A stretch of 64,000 bases of DNA. Source: Selaginella moellendorffii. Taxonomy: Eukaryota; Plantae; Lycopodiophyta. A model generated the notes under the pieces. That model had not been told where the DNA came from. It saw only the letters and a program-made list of their open reading frames with translations, and ran no database searches. The position numbers were made by a program, and so were the translations under genes. The stretch is from the NCBI RefSeq assembly GCF_000143415.4, contig NW_003314265.1:2497181-2561180 (forward strand), given 5' to 3'. Below are positions 25,401 through 37,763 of this stretch, piece by piece; position 1 is the stretch's first letter; every line of letters begins with the position of its first letter.

Positions 25401-27466
25401 TGAAGTGATGCCTTGTCATTGATATTATTGATGTTGGGATTCAAGTGAGATGAGATGTCTATCCTTAGGATTGATATTGAGTTTCATTAGTCTCAATAGA
25501 GATAGTGTTGATGATTTGGTTGTAGCTTTGTGTTATTAGCATTCGTGCATTTGCTAGTTAGCAACTGTGTTGACGTTCAAATGAACTGAGTGGCAAGTTG
25601 GGTTAGTTGTGTTCTAGACAAGATTGGTTAGTAGAGGATGAGCTTTGGCTTTTCCTTGAAAAGTGATTTAGTCGAGGACTATGCTAACTCTACAAGAAGA
25701 AGAGTTAGTGATTGATATTGAAGTGATTGAATCCTTATTGGATTTGAGTTGGGATATATCGATCATTGATGATTCTTCTTGAGCTTATTGTAAAGGGAGT
25801 TACGTCTTGCTATAGATGGATTCATGGAGGATCATTTGGTGATCACTTGTCGAGCATAGCTTCGTTATGCTTAGCTTTTGGATTGATGCAAACATGCTCT
25901 TCATTAGCTTTGGCATTATGCAGTTTAGCTTATGGATGTGTTGAAGCGGATGTCGTGGGTTACACCATGATTTCTTCTTTATCATTGAAGTTAGTTCATG
26001 CGAAACTTGAGATCATGTTAGGTAAGACTTGGCTATAGACTTCTTCGAGCTTTTGGTTCTTTGAATTTTATGCTCATTGTTCCATTTGTTAGGAGTTGTT
26101 GGGGAAGGCATTTTGGCTTGTTAGCTTCGATGTGGAAGTTGGCTCTTGCATCTGGCAATCATTGGTAATGACTGACTGTCATCTAGGATATTGATTATCC
26201 TTGTCAAAAGTGTTGCTTGGTTATTGTTGATATAGAATGCTTCGCTGTTCTTCGGGATGGTAGATTCTTTCTTCAACGATGATTTAGCATCTCTTTATTG
26301 ATGGGATGATTGATGTTCTTTTATGATGGTTAGTTGTTCTCTTTGAAGGCTTTTGGCTTTTTGCAATACTACATATGGTTTGCTTTGGATTGGTCTCTTG
26401 GGTTTGAGACATCGATGGGATGTTGCTGACACTTGCTAGAGCAACTTTAGTTCCTTGGTATTGTTGGCCGGGGTCTATTCAGATTGGCTAGTGTGATAGT
26501 TGGCATGAACGAGTGTTTGTTGCCATGGAACATTCATTCTATTCTGTTGATTATTGCTTGAGTTCACTTTGATAGATTCGGATGTTATTTCCTTCGGGTG
26601 ATACATTCGCGAGCATTTTGCTTATTAGTCGATGATCCTTTATGTGCTACGAGTTATCTTTAGTAAGTTATTTGGCATGCTGTCTGCCATCTTCGGTAGT
26701 TAAGTTTCATCATTGAGTTTCCTTGATGATATACTAGCTATTGAATTTTGTTGGATGGTGCATTCTGTGTTTACCAATTTTGATGATCTTGGTGGTTCCT
26801 CTACTATCCTACTAGTTTATCAGATGATAACATACTTGGAATACTTTTGTGTTCTAATCTAAGATATAATCACTGATACTTAAGACTCTAAGATATCATT
26901 GTTTTTGACTTTGATATTGTCTATCTATTGATCTTTGAGTTTGGGCCAGTAATGGGTAGACTGGCTTCGGCACTTCGTGTGCATGGTGAAATCTCTAGTC
27001 ATGGGGTAGCTACTGTCGACTGGTCACATAACCCGCCTCTTTGTCGATGTTCCTTGTTCCGTTGAAAGGGCGTGACCGTGTAAACAACTCTAACTGCCTG
27101 TTTACAGTAGTTTATCTAAACCTTACCGACGGGTTTGGTTTCTTTGCTCAGGAGGGTTGGGGCCTCTGGCTTCTCTCTCTAGGTCTCTGCAGGCAGGGGC
27201 ATATCACACTTTTGTAGCTGGGTGACACCCAGAGCAGCAAGGGTGGCTGACTCCATTGGTCATTTCCTTGTCGGCGACGGCCGGAAGGTGTCTGAGCTGG
27301 TAGCGCATCCGCGTTAGACAAAGAGGTTGCCCCCTAACTCATTTAAGTTGATGCATTTCTCACATAGTGTGAGTACCGTGAACTTTTTCTGGAGTTGTTT
27401 CCTTGGCGGTATTCTAGACTCGAGTGTGCATCGACGAGGACGTCGATCTTCCCTAGGGGGGGAGAG

Positions 27467-28554
27467 TGTCGCAAATGTGACTTCGGGTATCGAAAGTTAC
27501 CTGTCGGCTAGTCCTTACGGACACTCTTACCTTACTGCCACGATGGCAGGAGGTCGGTATTGCTGGTTTCCTTTATCAGCCCCTCTTGTTCAAGTGTTAG
27601 TAAACTGGACTTAGCATCTGTACTTGGCCGAATGAGCATAAGGACGGAATTCCTAAGTGTCTATTTGGCCAAGCATACTTGGCCCGGCTTTTTAGTTCTC
27701 TTTTGCTCTGTCTTGCACTGGCTTGGCAAGAACCCTCGCATATTGAGACTAGTCCCTCAATATCGCCGGATGATAGCTTACCGTGTCTGCCAAACACCCT
27801 CGCTATCACGCCTTTTGTGTTGGTCTCATTTCGGTCCCAAATGCTATTTATGGAAAGTGTCTAGATTAGCTCATTTGGCATATCTACGGAATGTAGAGAT
27901 CGGCCTGAACACAATGGTGTTCGTCCCGTGTCCAAATTCGCAATCTAAGGACATTCCATATTTAGTAAGTTTCGGACTTGTCCCAGAGACTAACTCCTGG
28001 TACTAAGGGAGGCTTGGGGTGAAAGCCCAAAGCGTGTGTCCCTCAAGGGGGGGGGGCTGTGGGGGGTTCCAAATGTATAGTAGGGATAGTGGGTAGGTCG
28101 GGCATGGCCGACTAACCTGAGGCATAGTCTAGCTCCCGCTTGCGTGCCTATCTTTGTTCTGCGTCCGGCTTGGGTCTATGCCCAAGTTCCATTCCATGCT
28201 AGTTGGTGGAGTACCCATATCCTCACGTTAGGCCACCGGTATGCCGAAATAGCGCCAGACTCCGTTTGGCTCCATTTTGCGTGCTGGTCCTGGCATTGGG
28301 ATGCTGGTTGCTCCAGGACTGTTTCAAGTCACTCCGGGCCCCTGTCCCTTCGCTCCTTGGGCTTTATGCTCGGGAGTTGCTCCGTGGTTTGGTTTCGTCA
28401 CTCCTTGGCTCCATGCTTGGGAGTTTGGCACCGTTCCTTCATTCAGTGGCCCAAGGCTTTGAACTTCGGGTTCCTATGGACACGTGGCATGTGACACGTG
28501 GCATCTGTCACGTGGCATGTGACACGTGGCATCTGTCACGTGGCACAAAGAGGG
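27467..28554 (+). repeat. 3' LTR (truncated)
   Basis: Homology to the 5' LTR ends at ...CACAAAGAGGG (28554). Confidence 0.95.
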
Positions 28555-31500
28555 CGACTACAAAAGGAGAGGGATGTTGGATCAAAAAGAAGATATGAGG
28601 AAGATGAGATCCAAGATGACAATCAAGTTGACCTTCAGATAGAGATTTCCACAGCGACAACTCTGCCGTTTTTGCAACTAAATAGCTCCAGTCCACTTGC
28701 ACCCCCACCACCGCCATCAATGCCACCACCACCATTACCACCGCCACCACCTTCACCACCATTGCCACCTTTACCTTCATCACCACCATTACCACCACTG
28801 TCATCACCACCATTACCACCATCACCGTCATCACCACCATTACCACCACCACCGCCACCATCATCACCACCACCAACGCAACCATTGTCATCACTACCAT
28901 TGCTGCCACAACCACAAATGCCATTACTCTTAACATATTCACAAAATATGGCAGAAATGGAGCAGTGCCCAAGTGTGCCTAACGGGGGTGTTGGGCCCAA
29001 GTCGGGGGCTAGATTTGATAATGGTGCTACTGGAGGTGTAGCTGAAGCTGAAAGAGAAGTGAAGCTACCTGAACATATTGTCGACAAACGCTTCCAAGAG
29101 ACAGTTTTGAGAACTAAAGAGAAGGCCATTCACACGACTTTGGAGTCTCTCAAGTGGGAAGGCCCGGGAGACATGATCCAAGACATCCCACTATGTCAAT
29201 TCACTCAGACAACCATTGTTCGGTCTACTTCACCTAACTTCGTCAACATGGACATCTATAGTCTGTACAAATAGAATGGCCTTGGGACAAATATAGGTAT
29301 GTTCCTTGTTTCGGTCTTCAAGCCAGGAACATCAAATACCCTCTTGGTGTCATAGGAAATCGAGAGGGATTGGGATGACATTTGGAAAATGAAGTCCTGC
29401 GAATTTGACATCAAGCTTATGAGCCATTCTGAGACTCAACAATTTGTGGGGAAAATGTTCTACATTATTGACAGGAATTATCGCTGGTGCGCATGGATGA
29501 AGTGCATCCGAGAATGCTTCCAAGACGATCCTATCTATCACATCAATGTTCCGGTTGGACATGTACACGCGAGAGGATCTCTAGATGTGGCAAGGCTTGT
29601 GATAGCTTGCCACAAAATTAATGCATAAGTACCTCTCCCTCTTCAATCACTTTTAACAATTTGTGTTTTGCAGGCTAGGATAGTTTGCAGTGCAGAAACA
29701 AAGCCTAGTACATGATATTGAGCAGATCCGGTTTCTTGCCAATCTCGACAAGGATGCAGTCCGCAGCCACTATGGTGATGATTTAGCATCACTTATTCGG
29801 CATCAACGAGGTCGTCAGGATGCCAATAGATGGTACAAAAATCCAGTGGCTTTTATGACAGCTGTGTGAAGTAAGGTATGTTCTTCCAAGTATACTTCTT
29901 ATCATAGAATGTTTGTGTTGTCTTCAGCCATTGGTGAAGGTTAAGCAAGATGCATATGCACAGTCGCATCGAGCTGAAAATGATCAAGAACTCTCGGAGC
30001 ATTTAGCTGCAATTGACAAGAAAATTAACAACACAAAGAAGACAAAGGTAAAGAAATTACTTAGTGTGACTGACCCTCGACGCCCAAAGGAGTGGTTCGA
30101 TATTATAACAGAGATTGCTTGTCATGAAAGTAAGTATTGTTTGTGTTTCCATGAAAGTTACTCACAAAAGTTAGTTTTTTAGTGGGTAAGACTCTAGATG
30201 AGATTATTTACAACATCTCAAAGTCAAAGCTTACATATGAGAAACAGATACACATTCTGAACGACCTCAATAGCAGACTCAGGGAAAGAGAAAAAGGTTT
30301 GGATAATATGATGGAGACTATGATGAGGAGGACTATCTACATTTCACAAACTGTATATGAAGGGGAGATGTTTCTAGTGCCTTTCATAGGGGATGATCCT
30401 GAGCAACTTCCATTTAAGGACTTCGTCACCACTGAGCTTACAAAACTCGGAAAGGACTGGCTGCCAAAGAAGGCCACAAGCATGACTCCATTTGATAAAC
30501 AACTTGGCCAACCTTACTTCATGCATCGAGTGGCTTTTAGGTAACATACAATTTCTCAACTATACTCAATTGTTTATATTCTATTATAGGTATCTCCAAT
30601 ATAGAGACGTTCCTCTCGAAACACCGGTATGCACACGACTCCTAAGGCATGGTGTGAGAGATGGAGGCATGTACCCGACAACAATGAAGTTTCCAGCAGC
30701 AATAAAGCGTGCTTGTCCTTGGGAATTGGAGATGCCAGATTATGAACCAACCACCAAGAGGCTGCAAGAGGCAACAATGATGACAAAGATGATGGCCATG
30801 AGAATGTTGACCCTGTTGGTGCCAATGGTGAGTAGAGTGAAGATGGCGGTGAGAACGAGATTCTTCGAGACGAAGTCAAGCAAGAGAACCAGAACGTCCA
30901 AGAAGTTCTACCTTGACAAAAGCGTGCAAATCCACATCTGGAAGAATTAGTCAACAGTGATGATGATCGTCCAAGATGTCCCTGTAACTGAGGAACTTCT
31001 TGAGGTATATTTCTTTTAATTCTCTCCTTTTCTTAGTTCCTCAAAATGGTTGCAGCAAAAACTGTCGGAAGTAACTTCATTCTAGCTCATCTTGATGCCC
31101 GAGAAGAGGACCTGGAGGAACTTACATCTACCACACGCCACATGATAGTATATAAATTTTTCTTAAGTTCACATCTGATCTTTGTCTTCTCCCCCTAGAT
31201 TCGCCCTGTTTCTCCAGTGGCATTCCATGGTGAAGTTGGGATCTTTATTGGCTCCTACAGTTCATTGATGGCATCTTTTGAGGAGGATGCTGAGAATATA
31301 GCTATCCGGCAAAAGTGGGAGCGCTTTTGTCAGAAGATCCATAGGCGACCGCTCAAGAGCACAAACTTCATGCTCTTCAACATGCCAGATGGTCTTCCAG
31401 ACGCTAATAGTGATGTCCCAAGCTGGAACAACCTGACTAAAGACCACTTAAAGGATGCATTCCTTTTGGTAGCAATTCTCTTTCACACAACCGGTCAAGC

Positions 31501-32060
31501 TGCCTTCATTCTCCCAAATGACCCCCATTGGATGTCCTGCCTTATGAGGTATGCAACTCGAGTCAACTTTAAGAGGTTCTCTTCCGGGTGCATCATGGAT
31601 AGTGTTGGGGTTGAAACCAAAGGTGTCCTAGGCATGCCAGAGAAGGTAAGAAATCATCTTCTGTTTTGGTTGTCTCTAAAGTTTTATTATTCAGGTTATG
31701 ATGTGGACCTACCATGTGTTCTACAGAAGAGAAAATGACGGTTTTCGTGATAGTGAGCGTGCTGCAAGGGTTTTGCCAGGGTATGATAGCTTTACTGACA
31801 TCATACCAAATTTCATAGACAACGACATCCACAACACATTGTCTGGGTATTAATTTCGATCTCCATCAGTGATGCATGTCCTACTTGAGCTTTATTGCCC
31901 AACTAGGGGTGTTGTCATCGATTGCATAACAGGTAGTGGTTTGATGGTCGAAGTAGCACGTGACTCTAGTAGATCGGTGTTTGCGATTAAAGAATATGAG
32001 TTCTTCAAACGCCATCTTAGAGGTTTTCGTCCTTTTCTATCAGTTGCTTCTAAGAGATAA
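28555..32060 (+). pseudogene. Multi-exon gene: Pro-rich N-terminus, ParB/Srx-like domain, beta-class amino-DNA-methyltransferase-like domain (copy 1)
   Basis: MFYIIDRNYRWCAW resembles ParB IIDGxHR. FMLFNMPDG resembles MTase motif IV. RSPSVMHVLLELYCPTRGVVIDCITGSG.MVEVARDSSRSVFAIKE resembles motifs X/I/II. About 50-nt introns; in-frame stops. Confidence 0.75.
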
Positions 32061-32435
32061 TTTATGATGTTTTATAAACTTATATACAATATATATTTAG
32101 TTTTCTAGAAGTCTTCCTAGGTATGCATGGCACATCATATGCAATGTGTAAATTGAGGAGTGGTATGAAAAATCAATTTATTATTGATACATTAAAAGAC
32201 AATTGAATACATCACTTGCAATGAGATAATGATTGTGACAGTGATAGTGTCAATGCAGTAGATAGTGATAGTGATAGCGTCAGTGACAGAGATAGTGTCA
32301 GTGTCAGAGATGACAGAGTTACAGTGTCAGTCTGTCAAAGTTCATAATTACTAGTATTATGAGTTTATTATCTATAGGTAATACAATTTTGTTAATAAAA
32401 AAAAGGCAAGATAATATCATAGTGTAAGAGAATTT

Positions 32436-32984
32436 TCAGTAGGATGGCCTAAAAATACCATATTCAGCACTTGTGGATGTAGTATTTACTAACGGAATAT
32501 TGTTCCTCACCATGAAATGATAATGGTTGTGTGTTCTTAACTCTTTTTTGATTTTCTTATACATCCATTTATGCACACCTTCCACACTAGTTCTTGGGCA
32601 ATTGTGACAGTGTTCTAGAAAAGTTTCTAGACCCATACAGCCTTCCGTTTTATCTAAATAAAAGTAGCAAATGTGACACTGGAGATAATATGTGTTCATT
32701 CTTTCAAAAGTTTCAGCCATATCTGGAGCAAGATCTTGAAGAAACATCTGGCATCGCTCTTAAAGCACATGAGGCAATCCATCTTTAGTAGCAACATCTA
32801 GAACATTATCTGGAAGAGGGATCTCTTGTTCAGTCACACTTGGGGCTACAAAAGGAAAAACCTCACAACAATTGTTATGTGGAAGTAAAGGTGGAATGTT
32901 GGTAGAAGTTGGAGACGAAGGTGGAGACTCATATGAAATGCATGGGGGCCAAGTATGAGTAGTAATAGCATTTTCCCTAGCCAT
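32436..32984 (-). pseudogene. ~180-aa Cys/His (putative Zn-binding) protein, copy 1; one in-frame TAA at 32760
   Basis: ORFs 32760-32984 and 32436-32747 are in frame; motif CHIC...EHCHNCP; paralogous to 33255-33800. Confidence 0.6.
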
Positions 32985-33254
32985 TCCTACACTTTAAACA
33001 AACTGAAATTTTAATGTTGAAAGCATCCCTTGTCGGTATTTATACTAAGAAAAGATCTAAGGGTTCTTGAAAGTTTAAATTGTTAGTCTCAAAAATAGGA
33101 CTTTAGAATTATAACAGTGTTAGAACCACTTGTATATATAATAATATCTTTATACATGCTAGAATACTATCATTCTCGAAAATATAAGATTCTCCACTTT
33201 ACTCATAAAGAATTATACTTTAGAAAAAACTATGCATGACTTTCACATTACATT

Positions 33255-33800
33255 AAAAGGTGGCCTAAATATCCTATATTCAGCACTTACTGATGCAGTG
33301 TTCACTAATGGAATATTGTTCTCCACCATGAAATCATAATAGCTGTGTGTTTTTAATTCTTTCTTGATTTTCTTACACATTCACGCGTGCACACATTCCA
33401 AACCCGCTCTTGGGCATTTGCGAAAATGCTCAATAAAATTTACCAAACCCATGCAACCATCTGTCTTGTTTAAATAAAAGTTGCATATAGGACACTGAAG
33501 AAAATATGTATCTACATTAAGCTCCCCTGCCATATCTGGAGCAAAATCTTGAAGAAAATATTGACATCACTCTTGGAGCATTGGAGGTAATCCAACTCTT
33601 TTAACAACATCATAAGGAAGGAATTCTTGTTCAGTTGCACTCGAGGTTGCAAATGGAACAACCTCACAATAGCCCTCAAAATGAAAAGGAAGATTGTTGC
33701 GTAAAGGTGAAGGTGGATTATTAGTTGAGATTGGAGATGGAGGTGGAGACTCATATGAAAAGCCTTTGGGACCAAAAGTAAACTTCTTCCTAACCATTGC
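33255..33800 (-). pseudogene. ~180-aa Cys/His (putative Zn-binding) protein, copy 2; one in-frame TGA at 33567
   Basis: SYESPPPSP, FLQDFAPDMA, LQCPIC.FYL.KTDGCMGL, KIKKELKTH and NNIPLVNT align with copy 1. Confidence 0.6.
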
Positions 33801-34237
33801 AACACACAAGAAAAATTAAACTTCCCAGCAATAAGAATTCTCTGATTAATATACTATATTTCAATCTCGGGAATGATGTTTTATTATGACATGACAATAT
33901 ATTGAATCATTATTGTCAGTCTCAGTAATTTAAACCTACTATGAGAGACAAGTGGCTATGGGTTTCAAAAGCTAAAAACTAGCATATAATTAATACGGAG
34001 CCTTATTTTATATAGCTGGCTTGCCATATATAATAATGGCAAATACACACAGACACGTGAGTATGCCTTTTTGCAAGATTACCTTTCAATCCCAAAATCA
34101 TATGTAGATTTAACTCTTTGATTTGTCCACATCATATATCTTTGCAAAGACAAAACATATCAAAAGGAATAAAATATATATAAAAAACTTACTTTTTTTT
34201 ATAATACTTTAGTGGATTACAAAAGCCATTGAAAGGT

Positions 34238-34483
34238 TTATAGAGTGGATTTATTAGTGTTTTCCGCTGTGCTGTCTATTTCTTCTTTTCTCTTGCTTTA
34301 GATTGTTGTTTCGGAAGTAACAGGAGCATTTTTATCAATAGTGACTGTGGTCTCCACATTCCCAGATGGGTAATAAAGACTAGGCGTGTAATATGGAGAT
34401 TGTGGTAGTGAAACAAAATTAACATTCTCACATTTCTGTATGCTAAAACTACTTATAGATTTTTTGTCTTCCTTGCTTCCCAT
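34238..34483 (-). pseudogene. Small 'SLPxSPYYTP' protein, homologue of 37226-37483
   Basis: SLPQSPYYTP...NAPVTSETTI*SK...DSTAE; homology continues past the TAA at 34298. Confidence 0.65.
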
Positions 34484-34856
34484 CTCTGTAAACCCTAAAG
34501 AATGAACGAGTGAATCAATGTTCCAAATTATTTATATATTTCTGGTCAATTGTTAAAATGTTAAAATGTTGAAATGTACAATATAAATTTTAGGTTCATT
34601 CGAACTTCAATATTCCCATTTTATTTAAGACCAATAAAGCCCAAAATTTTCTATGGGTTCAAACAAACTTCTAATTCTAGAAACAGTATTTTATTGTATA
34701 AATTGCATTAGAAAGATTCAAAAAATAGAAATTTCTCTGAACCATTGATACTTAAATTCATAAATTTCAAGTTCACCAAAGAATAACATTTTTTTGACTT
34801 AATATTTCCTTATAAGACTTATGGTTAACTATGTTGACTAGCATTGACTTGAGCTG

Positions 34857-35793
34857 AATTGAGCTCAACTCGTGAGCTCAACTCAACTTTGGACCATCCC
34901 CACTCTACTCACAAGAACACAAACTCAACCAGCACACTCGACACAAACTGACACCACTGCCGACATGCACCCCTCTTCCAAGCACTTGTCGACCTGGCAA
35001 TCCCAGTGCTCCAACATGTTTCCAGTTCCCGTGCCCACTCCCAATACCAAAGCACATCCTCCAGACTTGCACCAGTGACAAACCCATCACTCTATTACCT
35101 GGTGTCGGAGAACTCATCGAGGAACAACTCGACAATGCACCACCAATTTTTCGGCAACCCCTCCAATAGAGTCAGCAGCTCAGCACCAAAACAACAGTCC
35201 GAACTTGGTTCAAAGTCAACATGCTCGCCACAAAAACTCTTGCCAATCATGCCATCACTTGATCTGGACTTGAACAACTCGACGACATTATCGAAGAAAT
35301 CATTCCAGACAAACCTGAGTATCCAAAACCTTTCATCAAACCCCATCTCAGCACTGGCCCGTGGAAGACCAGTCTGCATACTGTGCCAGCCAACTCCACC
35401 CAATACAACTCAATTGAACACAACCCGACTCAGTTCAACCCAACCTGACACAACCAAACCCAACATGCACCACCATCGACCTTTGCACTGAAAAGAAAGA
35501 ACAAGCTCAAGAAACAAGTTGACCAGATCTGTCATTACCTGATTTCTGACAACTTTATGAACAGTCGGACCGCTGAAAGTCTTCCTAAAGTTTTGACAAA
35601 ACTACATGACCGACTTGACACAACTACTCCAACAAGTTTGAACTCCCTAACGACATTCAAGAACTCATCTGACAAAAGACTCCAAACCTCCTTCCTCGGA
35701 GTCACTTTGTTCAATTGACTAATGGCATACTTCTCCATAGGGAAGAATTTCTACAACCCTTAGGACAATTACAGTTGTTTTATTTTCTATTGT
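34857..35793. repeat. Right arm of the inverted repeat paired with 18011-18325, interrupted by the LTR at 35794
   Basis: See the left arm; the middle part (about 34890-35600) has no counterpart on the left. Confidence 0.7.
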
Positions 35794-36541
35794 TGTAGCG
35801 CACATAGTTTTTACCTTTATCCTATGGTGATTTACCATAGGATAACACCATGAAGTGGAACCTAAACCCTCTATGTGCCATGTGTCATATGCCACATGTC
35901 ACATGCCATGTGTCCAAAGGACAGTGGTGTGGAACCCGAGTTTTAGGGCCTTGGGCCACTGAATAAATATGATCTGGCGCAAAAAGACAAAGATCTAGTT
36001 GCCCTAAACTATGCTATGCCACCTCTTGAGGTTCCTCACCACCCAACCACCCCCGAGTTACCTCAAAAGCTCATAAAGGAACGGTGCCAAACTCCCAAGT
36101 ATGGAGCCAAGGAGCAATGGCACTGGGGCATAAAATGACTCTCAAGCATATAGCCCAAGAAGCAAAGGAACAGGAGCACGAAACGACTTGGAATAGTCCT
36201 AGTGCATCAAGCATCCCAATGCTAGGACCAGCACGCAAAATAGAGTCAAATGGAGTTTAGTGCTATTTCAGCATACCGGTGGCCTAACGCAAGGATATGG
36301 GTACTCCACCAGCTAACATGGTGTAGAACTTAGGCTTAGACCCAAACCAGACGCAGAACAAAGATAGGCACGCAAGTAGGAGCTAGACTATGCCTCAGGT
36401 TAATTAGCTATGCTTGACCTACCCACTATTCCTACTATACATTTGGAAGCCCCCATATCCCCCCCCCCCTTGAGGAACACATGATTTAGGCTTTCACCCA
36501 AAGCCTTTCTTAGTATCCCTTAGTATCAGGAGTTAGTCTCT
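35794..36541 (-). repeat. Truncated, more diverged LTR of the 21347-28554 family
   Basis: Begins TGTAGCGCAC (reverse complement of the LTR end) and aligns back to about 21866; G-boxes decayed to CACATG. Confidence 0.85.
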
Positions 36542-37225
36542 CTTCGTATATGGTTTTTACCCTTTATGCTCTATTTCGTTAAAGTGGGATTTATTCAATA
36601 AAATGGGACTAGGTACAAATTTTCAAGTATTTGAAAATGACGTGAAATTATATGTTTTTTGTCCAGGGGCTAGACATATCTGGGGCATGGTGACTAGCGC
36701 GGTGACTTTATGTCCAGACTGAGTCCATCTGGTTGTATAATAAATCTCATTGTCAAGGTGAACAAGCCGAATCTGAAGCTAAAGAAGAGCGATGGCATGC
36801 GCGCACACACTATTTGTTTGTTCATTGAGCGTGTGGTGAGCTTTCCAAGATGAACGTCATTCCTATTAGCCAGACATATAACTTAATGGTGAGAACATTT
36901 AGATATTATTCAATGTTATCTTTTTCTAACGAATCTAATTGTGAAGGTGTAGCAAGAGGCATTGCTAGTCTGGAGAAGTCATTTAACTCATTTGACCCTT
37001 AGTGTATTTTCATGAAACTAAATAACATTCATATTATTAAGGAATTTCTCTAGTACCTTTTTTTTACGACATAGAGGCTTGCATTTCTTTCAAAGGTGAT
37101 TTAGTAAAAGGCCTGAGGGCACATGCCATTCTATTTCTCAGACCAGTATTAAGATATACTAGTGCAAAGGGAAAAAGGTATTTGGTGATCAAGTAAATGG
37201 CATGAGGGCACACGCCATTATAAGC

Positions 37226-37483
37226 CTAAGTGCTAGTGGACACCTCCTTTTTGGTACTCTCAGCGGTACTATCATCCTTCTCCGGGTCAGTTGTTTTGCT
37301 TTGGATTGTTGTCTCTGACGTTACTGGGGCGTTCTCGATAGTTGTTAATGTTGCCGTTTGTTCAGAAAAATGATCACCTGGAGTATAGTACGGGGAGTTT
37401 GGAAGACTTATATATTCTACATCTTCACCTATCTCCTTCTCCGTCTCCTTTTCTACCTCACTTACAGATTTTGTGCTTGCCAT
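37226..37483 (-). CDS. Small 85-aa acidic/Thr-rich protein (MASTK...SLPNSPYYTP), element cargo
   Basis: Intact in copies A and C (58768-59025); diverged homologue at 34238-34483. Confidence 0.55.
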   Translation of the reverse strand: MASTKSVSEVEKETEKEIGEDVEYISLPNSPYYTPGDHFSEQTATLTTIENAPVTSETTIQSKTTDPEKDDSTAESTKKEVSTST

Positions 37484-37763
37484 GAGAACGCTCTTCACCC
37501 TAAAATATGGAGTTCGTTGTGTTATAAAAGGAAACCAACACACTCGCTGCAAGGGAATGATGGTACATAAAGCACGTAAGCCCACAATATGGGTTTATGT
37601 GCCATTAATATGGGCCACACGCCATATTATTAGATTTATGCACGTGTGATTGGTAAATGCATATGTCACATCATCTCAGGCCACATGCCATCACGCCTCC
37701 TCTGATTCAGATTCGGATTGTTCACCTTGAAATAAAATACATTAGAAACTTAGTAAAGGAATA

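Larger units (their letters stand above)
21347..28554 (+). mobile_element. Non-autonomous LTR retrotransposon (LARD-like), 3' LTR truncated
   Basis: 5' LTR 21347-22494 (TG...TACA); PBS TGGTATCAGAG 22497-22507; PPT AGGGGGGGAGAG 27455-27466; 3' LTR 27467-28554 lacking its last ~74 bp. About 5 kb interior with no long ORF. Confidence 0.93.

Noticed and set aside
28555-32060. Bacterial or phage contamination as the source of ParB-MTase
   Set aside because: Spliceosomal introns at shared positions, plant-type methylation decay and interleaving with plant TEs.
36565-36600. TIR/TSD for the Sola-like element
   Set aside because: No reverse-complement match to this terminus was found in the window; all copies are truncated at the other end.
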